Shown piece by piece: positions 25,875 to 32,531 of a stretch of 32,531 nt of DNA. The position numbers were made by a program, and so were the translations under genes. A model generated the notes under the pieces. That model did no database searches. It had not been told where the DNA came from and saw only the letters and a list, made by a program, of their open reading frames with translations. Source of the DNA: Armatimonadota bacterium (lineage in GTDB: Bacteria > Sysuimicrobiota > Sysuimicrobiia > Sysuimicrobiales > Humicultoraceae); NCBI GenBank assembly GCA_052386995.1, contig JBQTJP010000247.1, forward strand, positions 1-32,531. Reading direction: 5' to 3'. Positions within the stretch are counted from its first letter, which is position 1. The number at the start of each line of letters is the position of its first letter.

Positions 25875-27086
25875 TCAGGGTCCCGTCTTGATCAACCTCT
25901 GGAACGCCAGCCCGGTCTTTGTGAACTGCGGCGGGTCGGCCAGCATGCTCTTTGCCGCCTCCATGTTGGCCCGCCTGAAGAGATCCGGGGGCCTGAGGTA
26001 CCTGGTGCCTTCGCCGTACTCGACGTAGCCAAAAAAGTACCGCGACCAGAAGAACGACGTGAAGTCTATCTTCAGGTAGTGAGAGAGCTTCACCACCGAC
26101 GTCAGGAACTCGATATCGAGCGGCTCCCAGAAGCCGAAGACGTCTCGTGCAAAGAGCGCGGGTGCAGCGGCAACCGCCTGGCCGGCAAGCTCGTGGTCCC
26201 GGGCTTTGTAGAGCCACGCCTCGCCCAGCACCAGCTTCTTATTGGATCTCCGTGCAATCTCGGCCATCTTGAAGGCCCGGTCGACAAGAAAGTCGCGATT
26301 GACAGGGTAGATGTGCATGTCGATATAGTCGACCCCGGTACGCGCAAGGCTTTCCGTGTAGGCCAGGTCATCCCAGGTGCCGGAGCCCGCCCCAATCAGG
26401 ACGCCCGAACGATTCAGACCGTTCAGGACATGCTGCACGATCTCCGTCACGTTCTGGACGCTGAACACGAGACCGGTGTTTTCTTGCTGCGTGCCCGGTT
26501 CGTTCTCGATCGTCAAATAGTCGGGCCGGATCTCTCGGATGATCGTCTCCGCCATCTGCCGCTTTTCTTGCTTGTATCGGTCGAGGGTCAGGCCTGAGTA
26601 GTAGGTCGCCACGGGCAAGACGCTGAACGCCGGCTCTCGAAAACCCGCCGTCATTTGCACGAGAAATTTCAGGTTCCGCCTCTTGAGCTCCTGACTCAAC
26701 CGCTTGTAGAACTCGAGATACTGCGCCGACCGCGGAAACGTCGGTACGAGGATAGGGTACTTGACGGCCACCTTGACCCCGCGGACTCCCAGCGGGTGCA
26801 TCCTGTCGAGGTTCAAAGTTACCGCCTGCCACGTCTGGTCACGGAAGAGCTGCTCGCCCTGGTTGCTGTTCGCCACAAGGAGCTCGGCGCTGAAAACGCC
26901 ATCGTGTTTGGAACCGTTCCAGCGGGGCGTGATGTACGTGTCGGCGGATTTCAGCTTGGCTTCAAGCGCGGGGTAGAGGTCCGCGTATTCGGCCGGGACA
27001 GACGGCGCGGGCCCACCGCGCGCGGCCCACGGGCCGGCAAGCAACGCGGCGGTCACAAGAACGGCCACCACTGGATACGTGCGCAT
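25875..27086 (-). CDS. Secreted protein, probable clan GH-A glycoside hydrolase-like TIM barrel
   Basis: Signal peptide; YLTIENEP (acid/base-like), IDMHIYP, VLGEAW (nucleophile-like). Confidence 0.65.
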   Translation of the reverse strand: MRTYPVVAVLVTAALLAGPWAARGGPAPSVPAEYADLYPALEAKLKSADTYITPRWNGSKHDGVFSAELLVANSNQGEQLFRDQTWQAVTLNLDRMHPLGVRGVKVAVKYPILVPTFPRSAQYLEFYKRLSQELKRRNLKFLVQMTAGFREPAFSVLPVATYYSGLTLDRYKQEKRQMAETIIREIRPDYLTIENEPGTQQENTGLVFSVQNVTEIVQHVLNGLNRSGVLIGAGSGTWDDLAYTESLARTGVDYIDMHIYPVNRDFLVDRAFKMAEIARRSNKKLVLGEAWLYKARDHELAGQAVAAAPALFARDVFGFWEPLDIEFLTSVVKLSHYLKIDFTSFFWSRYFFGYVEYGEGTRYLRPPDLFRRANMEAAKSMLADPPQFTKTGLAFQRLIKTGP

Positions 27087-27206
27087 GCTCCCCTGTAAGA
27101 CCGATTATTCCCGGTCCCGGGAAGACACAGACACCACGGGCAGCCTCTTCGGAAAGGCTGAGCAGTGACGCGTGCCGCAGCTGCGGATCGAGCAGATCGC
27201 GCGGCG

Positions 27207-27908
27207 TCATGGCCTCAACTCGGCCGCGTGGGTGCTGGCGGCGCGCTTCCGCTCAACCAGCGCGCGGAACTCCCCGGCAGTCATCACGAACCCGAGCGCC
27301 GCTTCAATCTCCAGCAGGGCGAACCGATGGTACTGCTCGCCGTTCATCGATCCGCAGGCATCAGCCAGCACCACGATGCGGAAGTCACGGCTGAAGGCGT
27401 CATAGACCGTGGCCAGGACGCAGTTGTTGGTATTCACGCCGCAGATGAACAGCGTCTCGGCCCCAAGGCCCCGCAGGATGCTCTCCAGATCGGTGCCGTA
27501 GAATCCGCTGTAGCGGCGCTTGATCACCACCGGCTCGTCGCGCTGCGGCGCCAGGTCCGGAAGGATCTCCGCGTAGATCGACCCCTCGACGTTCTTTCCG
27601 CTCTGACGCGGCTTCCCCATGCCGGGGATGATCTTGCCGGTTTGATATTCCCAGAATGGGTTGCGGTGGTCGACGAACCCCCACGGCGAGGGCCGGCGTG
27701 AGTGGGTAGCCACGTGCACGATCGGGATGCCGGCCGCACGCGCCGTTTCGAGGGCGCCCCGCGCCGCGGTCACGATCCCCGCGGTTTTCGCCGGGTCAAT
27801 CAGATGATAGCCCACGCTCGGATCGACGTGCCGGCGCTGCATGTCGATCTGGAGATACACACTCCGGTCGAGGCCGATGACATCCGCGACTTCTTGCGGC
27901 AACGCCAT
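27207..27908 (-). CDS. Cysteine hydrolase (isochorismatase family)
   Basis: Catalytic triad IDMQ / KRRYSGF / TNNCV; GAGGAG RBS before ATG 27908. Confidence 0.93.
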   Translation of the reverse strand: MALPQEVADVIGLDRSVYLQIDMQRRHVDPSVGYHLIDPAKTAGIVTAARGALETARAAGIPIVHVATHSRRPSPWGFVDHRNPFWEYQTGKIIPGMGKPRQSGKNVEGSIYAEILPDLAPQRDEPVVIKRRYSGFYGTDLESILRGLGAETLFICGVNTNNCVLATVYDAFSRDFRIVVLADACGSMNGEQYHRFALLEIEAALGFVMTAGEFRALVERKRAASTHAAELRP

Positions 27909-27924
27909 CTCACATGCTCCTCTC

Positions 27925-28830
27925 TTACCGCTGCGTGGCCCTCGGGTCGAGCGCATCGCGCAGCCCATCGCCGAACAGGTTGAAACCCAGCACCACCAGC
28001 ATCACCGCCAGGCCCGGGTAGATTGCCACGTGCGGTGCCGTGCGCAGGTACGTCCGGCCGTCGGAGAGCATCGCGCCCCATTCCGGGGCGGGCGGCTGGG
28101 CGCCCAGACCCAGGAACCCGAGGTAGGCCGCAGACAGAATCGCGCCCGCCAGATTCAGCGTGGACTGCACGATCAGCGGGCCGGCAGCGTTGGGAAAGAC
28201 GTGCCGGACCAGGATGCGCCACTCCGGCAGGCCGATCGCGCGCGCCGCTTCCACGAACACCTCCGAGCGCAGGCGGACCACTTCCGCGCGCATCAGGCGC
28301 GCATAGGCGGGCATCTGCGCGATGCCGATCGCGATCATCGCGTTCCGGATACCCGGGCCGGCGAGGGCCACGATGACGATGGCGATCAGGATCGCCGGGA
28401 ATGAGAGGAGAACGTCGATCGCCGCCATGAGAGTGTACCCTAACCATCCACCGCGGTAGCCCGCGATCGCGCCGATGGGCAGGCCGATGGATCCGGCGAC
28501 GCCGACGGCGATCAGGCCGATGACGAGCGAGATCCGTCCACCGTAGAGGATCCGGGAGAGCAGATCCCGGCCCTGCTGGTCCATACCCAGCCAGTGGAGA
28601 CGCGACGGTGGAGTCAGGCGCTGCGCGAGCGCGGCGTCGGTGGGGCTGTAGGGCGCGACGAGCGGGGCGAAGACGGCCAGCAGCGCAAACAGCAGCACCA
28701 CCCCCAGGCCCACCTGCGCGCCGCGGTGTCGTCTGAACCGGCGCCAGGCCAGCGACGCCGCGGTCCGGCCGGCCGCAGGGACCGAGCCCGGCGGGATGGC
28801 CGATTCGCGCCCAACGGCGACCTCACGCAT
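27925..28830 (-). CDS. Peptide/nickel ABC transporter permease (DppC/OppC-like)
   Basis: HWLGMDQQGRDLLSR, FVEAARAIG EAA loop, PPAPEWGAML, GDGLRDALDPR. Confidence 0.95.
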   Translation of the reverse strand: MREVAVGRESAIPPGSVPAAGRTAASLAWRRFRRHRGAQVGLGVVLLFALLAVFAPLVAPYSPTDAALAQRLTPPSRLHWLGMDQQGRDLLSRILYGGRISLVIGLIAVGVAGSIGLPIGAIAGYRGGWLGYTLMAAIDVLLSFPAILIAIVIVALAGPGIRNAMIAIGIAQMPAYARLMRAEVVRLRSEVFVEAARAIGLPEWRILVRHVFPNAAGPLIVQSTLNLAGAILSAAYLGFLGLGAQPPAPEWGAMLSDGRTYLRTAPHVAIYPGLAVMLVVLGFNLFGDGLRDALDPRATQR

Positions 28831-29743
28831 ACCGGATCCGCGGATCCAGCGCCGCGTAGACCACGTCGACGAGCATGTTGATGACGACGAACGCGAGCGC
28901 CAGCCACAATACGATCCCCTGCACGACCGGGTAGTCGCGCTTCGAGATGGACACGATCAGGAAGCTGCCGAGTCCGGGCAGGCTGAAGACCGTCTCGGTC
29001 AGGATGGCGCCGCCGAGCATGCGGCCGAACTCCAGGCCGACAATCGTGACCACCGGGACCAAGGCGTTGCGCAGGGCGTGCCGGTCGATGACGCGGCGCT
29101 CGTGCAGACCCTTGGCCCTGGCGGTCCGCACGTAGTCCTGCCGCAAGACGTCGAGCATCGCCGACCGGGTCTGCCGCGCGATGATGCCCGCGGCGAAAAA
29201 TCCCAGGCTGACCGCGGGTAGGATGTAACCCTGCCATGATCCCACACCCCCGCTCGGCAGCCACCCGAGCATGACGGCGAACAGCAAGATCAGGAGCATC
29301 CCCGACCAGAAGATCGGGGTCGAGACCCCGGTCATGGCGACGACCATGCTGCCGTAATCCCAGAGCGTGTAGGGGCGCGTGGCGCCCAGGATGCCCGTCG
29401 AGAGGCCAATGAGCAGAGCGACGCCGATCGCGGCGAATGCCAATACCACAGTGACGCGAAACCGCTGGAGGATCTCGTCCCGCACCGGAAGGTCGCTGAC
29501 GATCGAGTCGCCGAGATCTCCCCGGATCAGACGCGACAGAAAGACCGCGTACTGAACGGGTAGCGGCCGGTCCAGACCCCACTTCGCGCGCAGCTCCGCC
29601 AGCGTCTCCGGCGTAGCGAAGTCACCGGCGAGCAGCAGGGCAGGGTCGCCGGGAACAGTGCGCAGCGCGGCAAAGATCAGCACCGTCACCGCGAGCAGGC
29701 TGGGAATCGCGATGAGGGCGCGCCGGGTGAGATACTCTCTCAC
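28823..29743 (-). CDS. Peptide/nickel ABC transporter permease (DppB/OppB-like)
   Basis: PGDPA, GLDRPLPVQY, DYVRTARAKG, HALRNA, RDYPVVQG, LDPRIR. Confidence 0.95.
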   Translation of the reverse strand: MREYLTRRALIAIPSLLAVTVLIFAALRTVPGDPALLLAGDFATPETLAELRAKWGLDRPLPVQYAVFLSRLIRGDLGDSIVSDLPVRDEILQRFRVTVVLAFAAIGVALLIGLSTGILGATRPYTLWDYGSMVVAMTGVSTPIFWSGMLLILLFAVMLGWLPSGGVGSWQGYILPAVSLGFFAAGIIARQTRSAMLDVLRQDYVRTARAKGLHERRVIDRHALRNALVPVVTIVGLEFGRMLGGAILTETVFSLPGLGSFLIVSISKRDYPVVQGIVLWLALAFVVINMLVDVVYAALDPRIRYA

Positions 29744-29784
29744 CGGTCGCCCGTCCTCCCCACGTTCAACCGCCTATCGCAGCG

Positions 29785-31347
29785 CTACTTGAACTCCACG
29801 TCGTGGAGCGGCCAGGTTGTGCTCAGGGAGGTCACCTTCTTCGCGTAGCCGTTCACGTTCTTTCGCGTGGCCCAGAAGATCGGCTGCTGATACATGGGGA
29901 CGGCCGGCAGGTCGTGCATGAGCACCTGCTGCATCGAGCGGATCATCGCCCGCCGTCTGTCCGCATTCGTCTCGATCTGCTGCGCGGCGTAGAGCCGTTC
30001 GAACTCGTCCGACACGTAGAAGGGCACGTTGTTCCCTCGCGGCGGAGTTTCGGCCCGTGTGTAGATGCCGATCGCGTTGTCGGCGTCGCCGTTCACCGTC
30101 CGCCACCAGGTCAGGCTCATCTGGGCGGGATTCCGGTCAAACGGCACCCGCAGCATGGCAGAGTACTGCCCCCATTCCATCTGAGTGATCCTCACCGTGA
30201 TACCGGCCTTCGACATCTGCGCCTGCACGGCTTCGATGACTTCCTTGTCCATCAGATAGCGGCCGGCCCCGTACGAGAGCGAGAACGTCAGATTCGGCAT
30301 CCCCGCCTCCTGCAGCAGCTGCTTCGCCTTGTCAGGATTGTAGCGGTAGATATCGTACGTCTCGACGTATCCAAAGGCATTGGCCGGCACGAGCGAGCGC
30401 GACACCTTGGCCAGCCCCTTGAAGATCTCTTTGACGATCGACTCACGGTCGATGGCGTACGCCATGGCCTGGCGGACACGAATGTCGTTGAACGGCGGCC
30501 GCTGCGTGTTCATGTTGAACCGGATGAACCCGGCAGACGGCGGGTTGATGAAGACGAAGTTGGGATCGTTCTTGAGGCGCTGGGCGTCCTGCGGCGTGAA
30601 GTCGTGGATGACATCCACGTCGCCTGTCTCCAGGGCCGCGACGCGGGCGCTGATGTCGGGCACGTACCGCACGACCACGCGCCGGATCTTGGGCTTGCCG
30701 GCCCAGTACTGGTCGAAGGCCTCTAGCTCCATGCGATCCCCTCGGATCAGGCGGACGAACTTATATGGCCCGGGACCGATCGGTTGCTTGGCAAACTCCT
30801 GGTCGCTGCCCGCCTTCTCGATGGCCGCCTTGCTGAACATCCCGATGGACTGGTAGGTGAAGGTCCGCAGCAGCGGCGCAAATGGCGCCTTCGTAGTGAA
30901 CTTCACGCGGTTACCCGGCTGCGCCGTCACGCTCTCGACCGGGGCGAGCGAGGAGCGACCGATCGAGACCTTGCGATACCGATCGATGCTGAAGACGACG
31001 TCCTCGGCGGTCAGCGTCCGGCCGTCGTGCATGCTCACGTTGTTCCGGATCTTGAAGACCAGAGACCGGCCGCCATCCTCTTCGGTCCAGGACTCGGCCA
31101 GCCAGGGTATGACCCGGCCTCGCTCATCCAGCGCGACCAGCGTGTCGGAAATCTGTGCGGCCATCCCAATCGCCGGCAGGCCGATCGCCAGGTGTGTGTC
31201 GGCCGACGGCACCTCGATCGGGAGGGCGATGACGAGCGTATCTTTGCCCTGCCCCCACGTCGTGTTCGCGGGCCACGCAAGCGCCACAGCGAGCACCGCC
31301 ACAGCAAGGGACCACAGAGCGACTCTGCTGTCAGGTCGCACTGTCAT
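29785..31347 (-). CDS. Family 5 ABC substrate-binding protein (DppA/GsiB-like)
   Basis: AAGGAGGAGG RBS; signal peptide; PWLAESW, HDGRTLTAEDVVFS, PIGPGPYK, PFNDIRVRQA; start 31347 or 31350. Confidence 0.94.
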   Translation of the reverse strand: MTVRPDSRVALWSLAVAVLAVALAWPANTTWGQGKDTLVIALPIEVPSADTHLAIGLPAIGMAAQISDTLVALDERGRVIPWLAESWTEEDGGRSLVFKIRNNVSMHDGRTLTAEDVVFSIDRYRKVSIGRSSLAPVESVTAQPGNRVKFTTKAPFAPLLRTFTYQSIGMFSKAAIEKAGSDQEFAKQPIGPGPYKFVRLIRGDRMELEAFDQYWAGKPKIRRVVVRYVPDISARVAALETGDVDVIHDFTPQDAQRLKNDPNFVFINPPSAGFIRFNMNTQRPPFNDIRVRQAMAYAIDRESIVKEIFKGLAKVSRSLVPANAFGYVETYDIYRYNPDKAKQLLQEAGMPNLTFSLSYGAGRYLMDKEVIEAVQAQMSKAGITVRITQMEWGQYSAMLRVPFDRNPAQMSLTWWRTVNGDADNAIGIYTRAETPPRGNNVPFYVSDEFERLYAAQQIETNADRRRAMIRSMQQVLMHDLPAVPMYQQPIFWATRKNVNGYAKKVTSLSTTWPLHDVEFK

Positions 31348-31447
31348 CATCTCCTCCTCCTTGTGAGTCGCCACTTACGGCGAGTCCCCCTTCCCCGCGG
31401 CTCCCCAGTATCCTGCGCGGGTATCGCGGCCACGCTTTCCCAATCGG

Positions 31448-32407
31448 TCAATGGATCAGATACGCCCGGTATCGCAGGAGCAGAGATGCCACCAGGAGCA
31501 GCATCGCCATCGCCCCCAGCGCCGCGGTGGCTTCCGTGGGACGCCGCTCCCATCCAATGGCCTGGGCGAGGTCGCGGTAGATCTCGCTCAATCTCGCGGA
31601 AGACGCCGCGCGGAAGTACCGGCCACCTGTCTGGTCCGCGATGGCTTGCAACGTCGGTTCATCGAGCACCCCCCAATAGCCGCTTCGGAACGTCCTGGGA
31701 TCGGCCGCCGTGCCCACGCCGACCGTGTATACGCGGACGCCCCTGCGGCGCGCCTCCTCCGCGGCCTCCAGTGGTGGAACGCCGTCGCTCGCGCGCCCGT
31801 CGGACAGCAGCACCGCAACCGCGGCGGCGTGCCCCGCCGGGGTCGCCGGCCCCGGCGCCAGACCCGCACCGCCCTCGCCTGTCACGGCGCGGACGCCTTC
31901 CATCAACCCGGTGCCGAGTTGCGTGCGCAGTTGCGTGGTCAGACCGCGGATCCCCTCCCGCAGCCTGGCCCGATCCGGCGTAAGCGGAATCACGAGCGTG
32001 GCGTAGTTACCGAAACTCACCAGCGCAACCCGGGTCGAGTGCGGGAGCCGATTCGCGAATTCCAGAGCCGCCGTTTTGGCCGCCTCGATGCGGCTCGGCG
32101 GAATATCAGTCTCCTCCATGCTGCGGCTGACGTCGATGATCAGCACGACCGGCCGCCCGGTCGGCACCGGCCACGGGACCATGGGGCCGCCGGCGCCTAT
32201 CAGGGCGACCGCCACCGCCAGCATGAAGATACCCGCTGGAAGATGCCGGTGGATCCGTCCCGCGTGTGCTGCCGCTTCACTTGCGGCCCAGGTCGGAAAA
32301 CGCACCGCCCCTCGAGCGGGTATGCGCCTGAAGGTGGAGAGGTAGGTGACGAGCAGTCCACCGAGGGCCAGCAGGAGCCAGAGCAGTGCAGGATGCTTCC
32401 AGGCCAT
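31448..32407 (-). CDS. Membrane-anchored VWA domain protein (BatA-like)
   Basis: N-terminal PALLWLL TM, MIDAS DVSRSM...T...LLSDG, VYTVGVG, LDEPTLQAIADQTGGRYF, C-terminal TM. Confidence 0.92.
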   Translation of the reverse strand: MAWKHPALLWLLLALGGLLVTYLSTFRRIPARGAVRFPTWAASEAAAHAGRIHRHLPAGIFMLAVAVALIGAGGPMVPWPVPTGRPVVLIIDVSRSMEETDIPPSRIEAAKTAALEFANRLPHSTRVALVSFGNYATLVIPLTPDRARLREGIRGLTTQLRTQLGTGLMEGVRAVTGEGGAGLAPGPATPAGHAAAVAVLLSDGRASDGVPPLEAAEEARRRGVRVYTVGVGTAADPRTFRSGYWGVLDEPTLQAIADQTGGRYFRAASSARLSEIYRDLAQAIGWERRPTEATAALGAMAMLLLVASLLLRYRAYLIH

Positions 32408-32424
32408 CGTGTATCCTCTCGCTA

Positions 32425-32531
32425 GTGACTGCTACGGCTTCCCTCCTCCACCTCCTCCAGTCGCGTGCGCACGGCGGGCACGCTCTGAGGGTCGCGCTCA
32501 TCGGCGCGGGAAAGTTCGGCGCGATGTTTCT
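32425..32531 (+). CDS. 5' end of an NAD(P)-binding oxidoreductase (homoserine-dehydrogenase-like/SAF type), truncated by the window edge
   Basis: GTG 32425 opens MTATASLLHLLQSRAHGGHALRVALIGAGKFGAMF with a Rossmann GxGxxG; not in the ORF track. Confidence 0.75.
   Translation, partial: MTATASLLHLLQSRAHGGHALRVALIGAGKFGAMF

Noticed and set aside
1..32531. CRISPR arrays, IS elements, integrases, tRNA (including selC) or rRNA
   Set aside because: No regularly spaced repeats, transposase or integrase motifs, or cloverleaf-like sequences were seen in the short intergenic regions

Overview
High-GC bacterial chromosomal window with about 32 densely packed genes. I saw no mobile element, CRISPR array, tRNA or rRNA. 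The gene style suggests an Armatimonadota/Chloroflexota-like lineage, but that is inference only. Left to right: a NarL-type two-component system with a CPBP protease and an ABC-2 exporter; a ClpC-N-domain/ribbon-helix-helix fusion; a FIST protein; two MBL-fold hydrolases; an RsgA GTPase; a DUF5519 protein and an alpha/beta hydrolase; two DM13 proteins; an MFS transporter; a TPR-class III cyclase with DinB and a methyltransferase; a PAP2 phosphatase; TctCBA with aspartate dehydrogenase; an ABC-F ATPase, a methyltransferase and an HpcH aldolase; a secreted GH-A-like protein; DppABC with a cysteine hydrolase; and a VWA protein. Top finding: the methyltransferase at 24286-25026 looks split, but it is one reading frame interrupted by tandem in-frame TGA-TGA at the active-site motif (FSWSL-U-U-IAP). 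A SECIS-like hairpin begins 11 nt later, so this is a candidate double-selenocysteine methyltransferase. Two unannotated leader-peptide attenuators precede ribosome-associated factors (ABC-F and RsgA).
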